DNA from: Octopus vulgaris
Taxonomy: Eukaryota
Assembly (NCBI GenBank): GCA_951406725.2
Contig: OX597830.1
Span: 6,014,001 to 6,078,000, forward strand
Direction: 5' to 3'
Length of the DNA: 64,000 nt
The position numbers and the translations under genes were made by a program. This document shows, piece by piece, positions 25,858 to 41,114 of this stretch (within the stretch, counting starts at the first letter, position 1; the number at the start of each line of letters is the position of its first letter). The notes under the pieces are model-generated. The model was not told the DNA's origin, made no database searches, and worked only from the letters and a program-made list of their open reading frames with translations.

Positions 25858-26889
25858 CTGTGTCTGCGTGCCATTGTATGTCTTTCAACACAGAAACAAC
25901 GCTACACAGACTTTACAAAAAGACCTTTATGATAATTACACGTTGTTGTTGTTACTGTTGTTGTTGTCGAGACAGAAATTGGGCGAAAAATAGAAAGAGT
26001 GTGTGAAAGATAGAATAAACATTTGCTTCAGGAAGACAATATGGTTGTTACTGAGACAGAAATAGTGAGAGAGAGAGATAGGTGGGAGAGAATCAGGGAG
26101 AGAGTGTGAAAGTTAGATAGATATGTAGTGTTGTCACCATAGTATCTGAAGAAATTTTACTGTATGACAGTCAACTATTAACAAATATTTTTACCGATAG
26201 CGTTGCGACAAGTAAAAAAAGAGTATGTATTAAAACTAAGTTGGAATGTTCAAGTTAAGAACGCTTTGACAGTAAGTCTATTTGTTCTGCTCTAAGCTGA
26301 AAATGAATAAGAACACCAACACCAAAGTCAACTGATTTAGCTTTTGTCTCAACAAAAAGACAATAAGGTTAATATTAGAGATATTTTTGGTAGTTTCTAA
26401 ATTGCATGGACAAAACTTATACCTCTTTAAAAGATGTACATACTTCTGTGGAGTGTAGGAAGTTTGAGTAACTCTGCAGGAATTCATAAACACAATTTCC
26501 CGAGCAAAAATTCAAAGAAGGGTGACTTTTTTCCCACATGTCTATTCTTATTGATCAGAAATACATTTCTTGCATGAATTTTCCTTTGCTGTGATTCTAA
26601 ATAGTTTTGTTTTAGCTATGGACCAGATAATCGAAGTGAAGTTTCCCAGATTCCACATCAAGGCTTTCGTTTGTTTTACTCGAGTGCACAGCTCACACCA
26701 TGCTGATCTGATGGAAAATATAACACAAGAAATCAATCAATATCTATTCGCCACCAATTATGTTCGATTGGTTTATTGCCTACGCAGAGCGGGGTGGGGG
26801 ATAATTTTACAGAACGTCCAACCAAATTGAAGATAATTTTCTAATGAGTTCCTTTATGTTATTCTATAGCAATATCTCTCTATAGAAGA

Positions 26890-27865
26890 TGGTGAGCCTA
26901 CACAATGGTTAGTACGCCGGGCAAGCTGTTTAGCAGCAATCCGTTAGTGTATACGTCCTGAGTTCAAATTTCGTCGAGGTCGACTTTGCCCTTCAACAAT
27001 TGGGGCTTAATGAATTAAGTACCAGTTGATCGCTGGGTTTCGTGTAATCGACTTGCCACCGCCTCCAAAATTGTACGTCTTGTGTTAACATTTCAAACCA
27101 TTATTACTATTTAGGTGGTGTGGTGGAAGAATGTTTAACACGCCGGACAAAATGTTTGCGGTATTTATTCGTCTTTACGTTCTGAGTTCAAATTCTCCCG
27201 GTGTCCAATTTGCCTTTCATCGTTTCGAAGTCAATAAAATAGGTACCAGTCATATACTGGGGTCAATGTAATCGACTTGTCCCCTCCTATGAACTTGCTG
27301 GCCTTATACCAAAACATGAAACCATTATGCTTTTCTACTCTAGGCACAAGGCTCGAAATTTTGGGGGAGGGTGTAGTCGATTAGATCGACCCCAGTACGC
27401 AACTGGTACTTAATTTATCAACCCCGAAAGGATGAAAGGCAAAGTCAACCTCGGCGTAATTTGAACTCAGAATATAAAGACATACGGTATTCCGCTAAGC
27501 ATTTTGCACGGCGTGCCAACGTTTCGTATTTCTTTATAGCCCACAAGGGGCTAAACATAGGGGGGACAAACAAGGAGAGACAAAGGGATTAAGTCGATTA
27601 CATCGACCACAGTGCTAACGTTTCTGCCAGCTCGCCACCATAAAAATATAAACATTTTTTTCTTTATTGCCCACATAGGGACAAACAAGGGATTAGTCAA
27701 ATGCATCGACCCCAGTGCGTAACTGGTACTCATTTAATCAACCACCCCGAAAGGATGAAAGGCAAAGTCGACATCGGCGGAATTTGAGCTAAGAACGTAA
27801 CAGCAGACGAAATACTGCTATACATTTCGTCCGGCGTGCTAACGTTTCTTCCAGCTCGCCGCCTT
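26890..27865. mobile_element. cluster of five SINE group B copies (+,+,-,-,-)
   Basis: Repeated GAGTTCAAATT..GAGGTCGACTTTGCC core and its reverse complement GAAAGGATGAAAGGCAAAGTC. Confidence 0.85.
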
Positions 27866-28191
27866 CACAATATAAATATTAATGGGGAAAGACACGCGGA
27901 CGAGTTCTGCTGCTGCTGTTGTTGTTTTTATTATTGCTGTTGTTGCTGCTGTTATTGTTCAATCCAAGGACGGACTTAATAAGAAATTGCATAACCAAGA
28001 CAATGCAACACACCCTCTCGGGGTGTGACCTTCAAGGACTTTCATCCTTCATAAAAATTCTAGCAGTTATATCTACGTCTGCTACTTATCGCTATCTATT
28101 TTTCGATGCACTGCGTTATGGAACGTAAGCAAAGTGTTTTAAATGTGGTGAGAACAAGAACATAAAAACAAACAAGAATTCAGACATAGAA

Positions 28192-28247
<56 letters not shown>

Positions 28248-28688
28248 TTATTCATATTTACTTACGCACGCATATGTTCATACATATATACATACAGTCA
28301 TGATAATTGCCTCATTTTGTCAGATGAAGGCTGCCGCACAATTAGCCTGATCTGATTTACAAAACGGAAATTAGATGAATAGTGAGACGTTATTGGATTT
28401 AATGAACAAAAGTTTTTACATTTCTACTAGTCAGTCACCAAAGGGAGTTCGAGTGACAGGCGTCGCAACATACTATTTTGACTGCAAGTTTTACGTCAGA
28501 GATTCACCTGCCTCCCCCAAGGCTTTGTCAGAAATGATGGGAACCTCATTTTCACTAGGGGAATCTATTTAACCCAAATTGAGGACCTCTGACTGTCTAT
28601 TCCAGGTCAGGATGGATCTTTGAGAAATGATATTTAGGGAGTAACAGTTCGCTCGTCACAACTCTAGGCCCGTGAGCTGGAACCACAT

Positions 28689-28747
<59 letters not shown>

Positions 28748-28751
28748 TATA

Positions 28752-28971
28752 TTCTTTTATTCTTTTATTTGTTTCACTCGTTTGACTGTGGCCATGCTGA
28801 ATCACCGCCTTTTAGTCTAATAATTTGACCCAAGGACTTATTCTTTATAAGCCTAGAACTTATCCTATCAGTCTCTTTTGCGGAACCGCTAAGTTAGGAG
28901 GACGTAAACACACCAACATCGGTAGTCAAGCGATGGTGGGAGACAAACACACAAACATATACAGACACACA

Positions 28972-29018
<47 letters not shown>

Positions 29019-29195
29019 TTGTATATACACACGACAGTCTTATTTCAGTTTCCGTCTATCAAATCCACTTACAATGCTTTTGGTCAGCTCGAGGCTATAG
29101 TAGAAGACACTTACCCAAGGTACCACACAGTGGGACCGAACCCGGAACTATATGGTTGCTAAGCAAGCTACTTTCCACACAGCCACTCCTGCGCC
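28752..29195 (-). mobile_element. SINE group C, full length
   Basis: Collinear with 58978-59408, including the internal (TA)n tract. Confidence 0.88.
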
Positions 29196-29442
29196 CTTAA
29201 CGGGTGGCGCCGTCCACCTTAATATATCCCCACGGTCCCCCTCGCCAATTACTGGCCTGTACGGGTGTTGAGACTCGGCCCTGTAGCTGCTGGTTTCGGT
29301 CACCCAAAGTAGGGGCCTCGATGCGTGGCCAACTTGTAGGACGGATACAGCAGTTTGCTACATGCATAAAAAGAATGTACTGAGATGAAGATCATAATGG
29401 TCAACTACCCCACTGATATGTATATGTCCTAGACGAAATACC

Positions 29443-29673
29443 TATTTCTTTATTACCCACAAGGGGATAAACACAGAGAGGACAAACAAGGACAGACAAA
29501 CGGATTAAATCGATTATATCGACCCCAGTACGTATTGGTCCTTAATTTATCGACCCCGAAAGGATGAAAGGCAAAGTGGACCTCGGCGGAATTTGAACTC
29601 AGAGCGTAACGGCAGACGAAATACCGCTAAGCATTTCGCCCGGCGTGCTAACGTTTCTGCCAGCTCACCGCCT
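29443..29673 (-). mobile_element. SINE group B, long-tail variant
   Basis: Close match to the reverse complement of 21670-21900. Confidence 0.88.
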
Positions 29674-29677
29674 TGTT

Positions 29678-29925
29678 GATCCGAAGAAATTAACGTGCAA
29701 GTGTGTGAGCACACCACAGACACGCGTACCCTTAGATACTGTGTGACACAGAATGTGGGAATGCTGGCCCTTTATAATAAGGTTACCACTCACTTTGCTA
29801 GCTGAGTGGAGTGGAGCAATTTGAAATAAAGTGTCATGCTGGAGGACACAACGCGGTGCCGTTATCGAACTCACGACCTCACGACCGTCAACTGAATACC
29901 GTAACCACTAAGGCACGCGCCTCCA
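29678..29925 (-). mobile_element. tRNA-derived SINE sharing its 3' region with the 2275-2660 copy
   Basis: Head GTGGAGGCGCGTGCCTTAGTGGTTACGG..GAGTTCGATA. 29690-29733 matches the reverse complement of 2544-2592. Confidence 0.7.
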
Positions 29926-30287
29926 CACTACAAGAACAACAGCACGAAGACTCATTAAACATACACTTTTGCACGCAATGCGTTATGTTACACGTATCAT
30001 ACACAGATCATGCAATTCCTTTCAACGTCTCTCTCTTATATCACTCTATATCCTGCTTCCTGAACACTTCCACAAATATTTACAATATTCGGGTTGAGAA
30101 TATTTCCTGAACCAAAGCAGATGTTACTTTCAGTTTCAAAGTGAACATTCTTCGCATTCAATTCATTCAGATTTTATCATTCATCATTCGAAGAGAACCT
30201 CTAAAATTATGCATGAGAACAAGACTAATCTATGACGGCGGTCACTAAGTAGGATGACATTCTTACTTAGAAACGTACAACCTGGCG

Positions 30288-30350
<63 letters not shown>

Positions 30351-30558
30351 GCGGTATTATTATAAGCATGCCATAACGACAATATATATAATACCTTGTC
30401 AAATAGTCTCGTAAGTTATCGTATATATATATACACACATATATATATATGTATGTGTATGTGTATATATATGTATATATATATATATATGTATTTATAT
30501 ACGCATGTGTACACACACTCACAATATACATATATTTCTAAATATATCTGCGTGTTCG

Positions 30559-30592
<34 letters not shown>

Positions 30593-30633
30593 GGTGTGTA
30601 TCCGTATATATCTACATATGTATACATATTTCA

Positions 30634-30707
<74 letters not shown>

Positions 30708-33700
30708 GTATACATATTTCAATATATATATATATATTTGTATGTACGTATGTATGTATGTATGTATGCATGTGCTGTATGCTTCATGTGTTTGGACGTG
30801 CATGTAATTAAGATTCTCTGTGCATTCGTGTGTTTGTGAGAGTGTGTGATGGGTGAGTGCGTCCACTGTAGTAAGAAAACACGCTGTCATGCAGATTCCG
30901 AAATAAACTTGAAAAACCTTTTACTTACATGACAATACAAGAATAGAAATAATCTGAGAGCTTTGGAGAGGGAGAGAGAGTGTGAAACAGAGAGAGAGAG
31001 AGCGGGGGGGAGAAAGAGAGAGAGAGACGGAGAGAGGGGAGAAGTGAATGAGTATGAGGGAGGGGTGAAGTGTAGGCGAGAGCGAGGAAAATATGTAGCT
31101 GGTGCTTTTGCGTGCATCCGTACATATATCTGTGTGTGTTTATGTTCGTGTGACTATGCGTGCGTGTTCTTACGAATATGCGTGTGTTTGCGTGACTATG
31201 TGGGTGATGTGTGCATACAGCAAGAACACAAGAATAAATACCAAACCAAACAGAAAAAATATTATCTAAGAATGAATGAGGCACAGACGAAACAATATAT
31301 TTTACTTGCCAGTTTTCAATTGGCATTTAATTACTTGCTTAAGATAATAATCAGCATAACTGATAAGAAGCAGTATGTAGTTAGAATAACACTTCTGTCT
31401 CTTTAATATTACAATGCAATCCAGTTTTTACAATCTTACGACTTCTTTCAGAGGCTATCTCCAACGTCAGAACGATCGCTAAGTTTTCCTTTATCTTAAG
31501 TATTCTCAAGTGTCTCTACGAGCTTCCTGCTAAGAAATGAAGATTAGCTTTACATCTTAACATCTCATATATAATCGGAAAATAGTTGTGTTGTTTATTA
31601 TAATTTTTTTTCTTGCGGGAAGGGTTTTTTCTATTTTTTTAAATATATTTTCGTTTCCATATTGCTATTATATAGAATATTAATAAAGTAGCAACTATCG
31701 AGCAACTAGTATAATCTCGATGAAGTCCCGATGCTTTCTGCTAAAAATAAATAGCAGTAAATATTCCTCAGCCTTTCCAGTCTTTTTCGATAAATAAAAG
31801 TAAAAAAACAACACCATAAAAATTGATAATATATTCAAGGATACAACAGAGGGGGTGGTCACAAATGGATTAATTTCGATCACATATATAGTGAAGTCAT
31901 AGGGCGAGAAAAAATTGACCACGAACTAACAAGAAAATTTTTTACCTGGTACCATAGTCAACGAGAGACTCTCACTGTGCTGGTACAAGCTGCAAGAAAT
32001 AATCGCCTCATATTCCTCAGATCATATTCTTTGACTTTAAAAATGAACGATAGATTCCATAAAGTAGCCACAGATATATAAGTAAGTGAGGATGGCCACG
32101 GATGGAAAACTCTTTTGGATCACCATCGATCAGTGATGAAACATCAACTGTGAATCCTAATGGCCGTTTTATTTAAAATTTTTATTGATTTTTTCATTTT
32201 CTTTACTAACAATAGCATGGCCATTGGGAGAGGCACGAACGTTACAGCTTCACAGTTCCTCTATCTTCCAAACAGGCATAAACATTAAAACCCACAATAT
32301 CTGTATATTGAAATGGTACTGGAATTTCTAGAAACATTGTAGAGATATAACAGCAGTAATGTTGAAGAATGTGTCCGGTGGTCATCGATAATTCGATTTC
32401 TGCTCTATTGTATTCGAATCAATTTTAACGAATTAATTCTGCTATTTAATGTAAAGTCCCCGACATAGTATGTGGACTGTGTCAAAGATGGCTATTTTAG
32501 ATGCTTAATCTAGAGAAAGGGCAGTGCCTGTAATTTTTGTAGGGCGTCCAATGTTGGTGAACCAGATGTCGCTAATGTCCTTTTTAAACTGTTACAGACT
32601 ACTACAGGAAAAACGTTGGCAGAAAGAAGATACTTGCGGTACGATGTTCAAAGAAGGAATAACTGCGCTTAATGTGGTAGGGTTGATTTCACCAACTAGG
32701 TGAAATATTAGTGGGACGAATGGATCGCAGGATTCCCGAGTGAAGACCAACTACTTCCAAGAAACCGAGGCCATTATAGTTACATGACAAAAGACAGAAA
32801 GAGGAGACAGCACATCAGGGGGCCAGAAACTGGAGCGTACCTGTTAGTGATTTAATAGGAAACAGATTTTCTCTGGGTGCAGTCCAGGATATCTGTCCGT
32901 GATTCATTTAAGGCCATCAGACAATCGATCATTTTATCTAATAATGTGAGCAACGATATGTTTTGTTTTCTAAAGGGTAGCGATAGGATATTGTAAAAGA
33001 CTTTCTGTAAAATGGCCGAAAACTTAAGAAGTTTGCTTTCGCAACCAAAGTATCTCGAGCTGAAATCCAGCTTCATGGTACCTTAGGTACGGAGCATGTC
33101 CCCAAAAGTACACTGCATGGCACCAGTGGGCAGAAAATTTTCTAAGTTTATCTTAGCCTATTTACAATGGCCTCCAGTCTTCAAATAACGTTTCAGCGAA
33201 AGTAGGAATTTGTTACAAGCCCATACATCTGAAGAGCTTGTAAAGAGATAATTCACTTATAGAGCCAACGGCACCATCTTGAAACTGTACGAGAAATACC
33301 TGAAGGGAACATGTGTCTAAGGAAGAGTGGATTACGTACACGATCGGTGTGTCAAACAACTAAATTCGTATTGCTGAAATTGGCGGAGGACTTCATCCAT
33401 AACACTAAGATTGATATAATTAAATGTGAAACAGTACAAACTTATTGAGTGTTGAAACAAATCTATAAGATGTTCAATAGATTATAATTACCTATGAATG
33501 GCTTTTTGCTGTAAGGACGACTTCATATTGATTTCTTTTTCTAAGACAAAGCAGAGACGATTTGTTACTTCGGAATCGATAATAACGTATCAATCAAATA
33601 CCTGATTTCGATCATTATTTCATCTTTCTCGGAGTTGTCTGTAGTTGACAAAATTATTTCTCATAATATTATAGGAAAGAACAAAAACAAAGAAAGTATA

Positions 33701-34021
33701 TTGTAAGGTGACAAGACAGTTTCTGACCAGTTAATGTTGACTTCGTCAGGGATCGTTCGCCAACACAAACATATTTTATTTCCTAATATTTTATTTCGGC
33801 GTTAAGGTGGTGAGCTGGCAGAATGGTAAGCACGCCGGACGAGTGGTATTTCGTCTGTCTTTACGTACTTCTTCTGCTGCTGCTGCTGCATTTCTGTTGC
33901 TGTCATAGTAAACAAATTCATAAGACTTCGCTTACAAGGGTGCAACTGAGAGAAACGTCATCTATCTCTTCATCGCCCTCTCACAAAAAAAATTATTATA
34001 ATAATGATAATGATAATGATA

Positions 34022-34086
<65 letters not shown>

Positions 34087-34520
34087 ATAAAAAGACACAA
34101 AGTATGTATGGCAAAACGAAATGTGAGCGAACAAAATTTTGTCATTTTTAATTAATATCAAATGTTAGGAGTGAAGACAAAATGGCGACTGACAGAGAGA
34201 TGTATGCATGTGAGTATACATACATTTATGTGTGTGTGTGTATGTATAACAAATAAATATATGCATATATATATCGATATATATATATATATACATATAT
34301 GTATGTATATATATACATATATATATATACATATATGTATGTATATACATATATATATATATGCATACATATATATATACACACATATATGTACACACAT
34401 GTAAAAATGTGCATGTATAAGTAAGTACGTATTTTCTTGCCTAATTTTCTATCTATCTGTCTGTCTATTTCTTTCTCTCTTTTGTCGCTCTCGCTTGTTC
34501 TGCGTGTGTGTGTGTGCGTT

Positions 34521-34559
<39 letters not shown>

Positions 34560-35358
34560 GTATGTATTTATGTATGTTTATATGTATGTATGCATCTATT
34601 AACATATATATATTAACATGTATACACAGAGGCGCGAAATGATGATGATGATGATGCTCGAATGGGAAAGGCTAGAGAGAAAGGAATAGAGAGAAAGTGG
34701 GAGGAAGAGAAGAATAGAGAAAGTGCTGTAATGACTAACAAACCAATAATACATTTCTTATATTGTCTTTAAAGTAATGCTCCAGCTTTCACGGATTTTT
34801 TCGCGAAGAAAATGAACAACCATCGACTGGGAAAAATAAATAAACGCCAAAGACTGACTGATTGAGCGAAAAACTTAAAATCCCATTCCAGTTAACGTCG
34901 GTTCGTGATTTTAATTTTTTTGTTTCTTTGCCTTGCTTGCTTCCATGTTATTCCCGGTAGCTGAACTTCCCAGCATGAGGTTAATTATGAATGGAACAAA
35001 TGAAGTAAATTTCCGAAGACTAAGATAGAAATATGAGCAAGGACTCTCACGAGAAGTAATTTTATCAATTTATCATTTTATCACGCGATGTTGATAATAC
35101 CGGAATGGATTCGCGCACGCGCGTCGGATTCCGGCTGGCCAAATAATTATCGGCATTTCATTTGTGAACCATTTTCTCTCTATCCATTCTCTCAACTTCT
35201 TTTTCTCCTCTTACTCCCGTGTCAATCTGAAACATTCTCTGCCCACTCTCGTCTCTCACTCTCTCGCTCTCCCTCTGCCTCTCACTCTCTCAGTAAGTAA
35301 ATATATATATATATAATACATGCACACACATGCGCATATATATATACATACATGTATG

Positions 35359-35520
<162 letters not shown>

Positions 35521-35633
35521 TTGATTAATGCATAAATGAATTCCAGTGCAATCGAGTATTTATAAGCATTAATATGCAGGCATGCAGATAAGTATACATG
35601 TATTTATACTTACATACACAGACAGAAACACAG

Positions 35634-35669
<36 letters not shown>

Positions 35670-36491
35670 GTATGTATATATATATGTGTGTGTGTGTGTA
35701 TTTGTATAAATATACGTATGTATGTATGTATGTATGTATGTATGTATATAAATATATATATATACACATGCATGGAAATGTATACACATGAACGCGTGCA
35801 CCCACACATAGGCATACAAACATACATTTATAAATCTATAAATCTACTCAAGAACTTAAATGCACATATATGCATGAGCTTGTACTCACAGGCTACAGCA
35901 AATATATATTTATATATATATACATACACACATATATGCATGTAAGTATAAATATATATGTGAAAGTATATGCGCATATATATATACGTTGATAATAATG
36001 CATAGACACGCAATTATAAACAAACTCATTTATATGACAAGATAAATATATATATATGTGCATATATATATATACATGTGTGTGTATGTGCGTGTGTGTG
36101 TGTGGATGTGCGTATATCTACAGGAGTTCAATTATATTTACGAAGTGGAAAAAAAGAATCCCCATGCCAAAATATATACAAATACGGCCTATACATATGA
36201 GATATTTAAAACAAATACGAGACAAAAAAGTCAACAATACTTTACTGAGGTTACTGACCTTTGTAATCGCATAAAATATTATTACTTGTCAATCTAAATA
36301 CAAACAAAAACAAGCCAAGAATAAAACGGAAAGACGACTAAATCAAAATGGAGGAAAGCGTAACTCCATTACCATGTTAGTCACAAACAAAAAAAAACTC
36401 CAGAGATGCCAACGTTAAAAAAAGTTATAAGCTATATTTCCTAGTTACAATAAATGATTTGTTTAGGAAGGCGTTTATCCACACTATTAAA

Positions 36492-36535
<44 letters not shown>

Positions 36536-36694
36536 CACACACATATATATGTGTATATATATATACATATTATATATAAACATACATATGTATGTTTGTA
36601 TATATATGTATGTATATATATATATATACGTATATATTATATACATATATATATATAGCGTGTATATATATATGTATATATATTTATATATCTG

Positions 36695-36749
<55 letters not shown>

Positions 36750-37223
36750 AGGCATGTATACGTACTCACTAACACACACACACACACACACAACGCACAC
36801 GGAATTATAACCAATACAGGCATAATCTGGCTATTCTTCGCTTGGCAAAGTTCCTCACCATTACAGAATAAATTCGTATTAAAATGCCGATTCTTCGTCA
36901 TTTAACGTCGTAAACATGTGAATGTGGTGTCTGTCTGTGTGTGTGTGTCTGTGTGTGTGTGTGTAGACCCTGCGCGCGCGCGTGCGTTCATGAATTTGAT
37001 ATATTGTTAGGAATTGAAGACATATCAAGGCAACATAAATTACAGGCGACTCTATACCTCACTGATATATGTATGTCTTTAAGACTTGATGTCTGTACGT
37101 GCAATGTCGCTAATATATGTCTGTCTGTCTCTCTCTCTCTCTTGGTCATTGTCCTTCTCCCTGTATCCCTCTCTTTCTTTCTCTCGTCTCTCTCACTCCC
37201 CACAAAAGCACACACACATTTAC

Positions 37224-37316
<93 letters not shown>

Positions 37317-37466
37317 ACACATATATATTTAAGTAGGTGAATGAATTATTCTATGTTTATCGTCAGCATGGAAAATTCGTTTAACCGAAACCTGGGTAGC
37401 AAATTCACGTCAGAAAACAATACATACATACATATACATACACATATACATATACATACATACATA

Positions 37467-37506
<40 letters not shown>

Positions 37507-37605
37507 CGTCGAGAGTAAAGGAATTTTGTTAACATCTTCGTTCGACTCCATTCTTTCATTTATTCATATATATATATATATGTATATATAAATATATATA
37601 TATAT

Positions 37606-37664
<59 letters not shown>

Positions 37665-38567
37665 TCTATATATATATATGTGTGTGTGTGTATGTATGTA
37701 TACACGTATATATACATATCATGCATATTTGTACTAATGTGCAAATATATGAATACAGGCATATATATGTATATACATATGTTTTTGCAAAGTGAGTTTT
37801 GTAAATTTTCTTCACTGTAGCTAAAAGTGTGCATAGATATCTATGCATTTCTAACTAATCATTCTTGTGCAAAAACAGTCTTTCATATAAACTCCATCTT
37901 AATAGTTCGTATATGAACGGGTAAAAAGAAGCTGGGACAATCATGCCACTCCTGCGAAAGCGAGCAGAAATATTGACAATCTCAGAATCATTGGGTGTTT
38001 CTTCGGCTATAATAAGGTAAAATAAACAAACTTACATAACCTCTGTTGGTTTCGAATCTGAAATATCTCGATGCGCTGAGAACATCTAAACTATTCGACT
38101 GTGGAACAATACATATGTATAGCTATCTATACAAAACCAATATTAGAAGTGCGTAGATAGTTGTAGATATTTATCTTTTATTACAATATTATTTCACTTC
38201 ACTTAATAGAGACAGTAATAAGAAAAAATATTAGCATATACTTGCAAGCCCCTTTAAATACAATCATAACACTATTGAAAAACAGACACTTTACGCCTCT
38301 GTGCATATATTTAATAAATACACACACACAACATACACATATGTATATATATATATATATACACACACATAGAGACACAAACACACATACATATATACGT
38401 GTGTGTGTGTGTGTATGTGTGTGCATGTCTGTGTGTGTACAGGTGTGTTGTACTATGAATTATGTATAGAAAAACACTGATACGTTACATACACACACAT
38501 ATCAACATATATATGTTATACATAGTTACACAGATAAATAGATATAGAAGTCTTACAGATGTGTATA

Positions 38568-38605
<38 letters not shown>

Positions 38606-39295
38606 TATATAAGTATATATGCATATATATGCGCATATCTATTTGTCTACCTATCTATCTATCTATCTATCTATCGACATTTATAACTTTATCTCTCTCT
38701 CTATGTATATATGTATAAATGTATGTATATATATGTATGTATAAGTATGTATATATGTATGTATGTATATATAGAGAGATATGTTTTTATGTATGTGTGT
38801 ATAAGCGTAAATGTAAGTATGTGCATGCATATATGTAAGTATATATATGTATGTATATATGTATAAGCGTAAAAGTCTCATCCAATAAAGACATTTATTG
38901 TTTTGCTTTCGCTGTTATTCATTCAATGTGTATAATGTTCTCTTCCTGAAACATTGGACATAAAATACTTTAGAATATATTAGAAAACTAAACGATCATA
39001 ATACGGAATTTAACTTAAATAAGGGACATTTGCGTAGATCTGTCCACAGACACACGCACGCATACATACACGCACACAAAACATACTCACAAACGCATAC
39101 AAACAAGCAAACACACAGATATACGTCTGTATGTATATATTTATAGTCAAAAAGAAAATAATATAATGTCACGGAGAGGTGACGGATGAATTGATAGGGT
39201 GTATTAGTAGTTTCACGCTAAGAGGAAAAGAAACATGAATTATATACATACATGCTTGCACACACACACACTCAAACTCAAATACACACATATAT

Positions 39296-39334
<39 letters not shown>

Positions 39335-39338
39335 GCTG

Positions 39339-39688
39339 GAATTTACAAAATAACAGAAGACGAAGACTGGTGTATAAACAACGAACAGGTGTATTAGTTT
39401 AACGCTCGGATATATAAGAAAGTCTTTTACGTTTCGAGCCTATGCTCATCAACAAAAAAGAACACGAGAAAATAAACAGAGTGAGAAGGAAAAAATATTT
39501 TGCGGCTAATCCTTGCATATCTCTTTGTTTATTTTTCGATATAATTTCATTTTCTTTCTCTCAATACTTTCTGTTGAAGTGCGTAGGTTCGAAATGTCAA
39601 ATACCTTTCAATTGTACCCGAGCGTTAAACTAATACACCTGCTTCTTGTTCCTTCATCTTTCTTCGTCATGTGTTTTCTGTAAACTTG

Positions 39689-39690
<2 letters not shown>
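39339..39690. mobile_element. foldback element made of two inverted Penelope-like pLTR fragments, each with a hammerhead-like relic
   Basis: Left arm CAGGTGTATTAGTTTAACGCTCGG...CTTTTACGTTTCGAGCCTATGCTCATCAACA is the reverse complement of the right arm CTGTTGAAGTGCGTAGGTTCGAAATGTCAAA...CCGAGCGTTAAACTAATACACCTG. (TA)n flanks both sides. Confidence 0.7.
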
Positions 39691-39747
<57 letters not shown>

Positions 39748-39906
39748 AATTGAGATAGGTGTTGTAAGTGCAACCCTCCATGGCATAACATATATCCAAT
39801 ATACTGCTAGTAAAGCACCGAACAAAGTTAATACATAAATGTTAAGAATTGCGATGCAATTAATTCATTTACTGTATTATATGGGCAAAGTGTATTTCTT
39901 ATTTTG

Positions 39907-39955
<49 letters not shown>

Positions 39956-39987
39956 ATGTATGTATGTATGTATGTATGTATGTATCC

Positions 39988-40023
<36 letters not shown>

Positions 40024-40050
40024 GTGTTATGCGTGTGTGTGTGCGTGTGT

Positions 40051-40336
40051 GTGGAGCAATGGCCCAATGTTTAGGTCAGCGGACTCGCGGTCGTAGGATC
40101 GCCTTTTCGATTCCCAGACCTGGCATTGTGAGTGTTTGTTGAGCGAAAATACCTAAAGCTTCACGAGGCTCCGGCAGTGGGGTGGACGATCCCTGCTGTA
40201 CACTTTCGCCACAACTTTCTCTCACACTTTCTTCTGTTGGCCTGCTCGCTTAGCGTCATTTGGAGGCTGAAACGATGCGAAGCGCAATGTGACCAGCGAT
40301 GTGTAGCAACATCTGATAACCTGGTCGGTCACGGTG

Positions 40337-40337
<1 letters not shown>
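40051..40337 (+). mobile_element. SINE group A
   Basis: GTGGAGCAATGGCCCAATGTTTAGGTCAGCGGACTCGCGGTCGTAGGATCGCCTTTTCGATTCCCAGACC matches the 2275 head; the 3' part differs. Confidence 0.85.
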
Positions 40338-40389
<52 letters not shown>

Positions 40390-41020
40390 GAGAGAGAGAG
40401 GGAGGGAGAGACAGACAGACAGAGAGCTGGGAGGGATAATTAATGATAATCAGGTTCAGAGACGACAATGTAATTTAGGGAAAAACTCACAGAGACACAC
40501 AAAGGACGCTGACATGCTTAAGCCAATATAAGTTTTCGAGACGATATCATCAGAATTCCCATACCTCTCAGCTAGTAACCGCGTGTTGTTCGAATGAGTC
40601 CCATCAAAGTTGCTTGAATCCACTTCACTTTTATGAATCGATTAAAATTGTTTTTTGTCTATTTTTCATGACTATTACAAAGTTGAAAACGAGAAAGTAG
40701 TCTCAAACTACAAATATTTTTTATTCCCATAAGACTATATACAAAGACCTCAAGAATTGATTACACACCTTTTTCATCCCTCTCTTTCTATCTTTCCATC
40801 TCATATTGGTTTCTCACACTTCTATTGTGTTATTGAAATGTGCCATGAAGTGTAAATCAAGTTTCTCAACCTGTCAAATTTTCTTCGTTTTTGGTGTTGA
40901 TGAAATAAGGGCAGATTGCGTTTTTCACTGTTGTTGTTTACCTCTTGTCAATACTTATATATCAGGCCTGTCAGCATCAAACGCACTCCAAGCAAGGCCC
41001 TCCAACATATATATATATAT

Positions 41021-41114
<94 letters not shown>

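Noticed and set aside
26423-26707. Possible minus-strand exon (TTTTCCATCAG acceptor, AG/GTATAA donor)
   Set aside because: No recognisable coding content and a weak donor; cannot be supported without transcripts.
32450-32860. Ancient RTE-like coding remnant (RMDRRIP, GGQKL)
   Set aside because: Only two short motifs separated by stops and frameshifts; an HMM search would be needed.
40525-40560. Hammerhead-like CTGATGA...GAAA on the minus strand
   Set aside because: Neither stem I nor stem II pairs.
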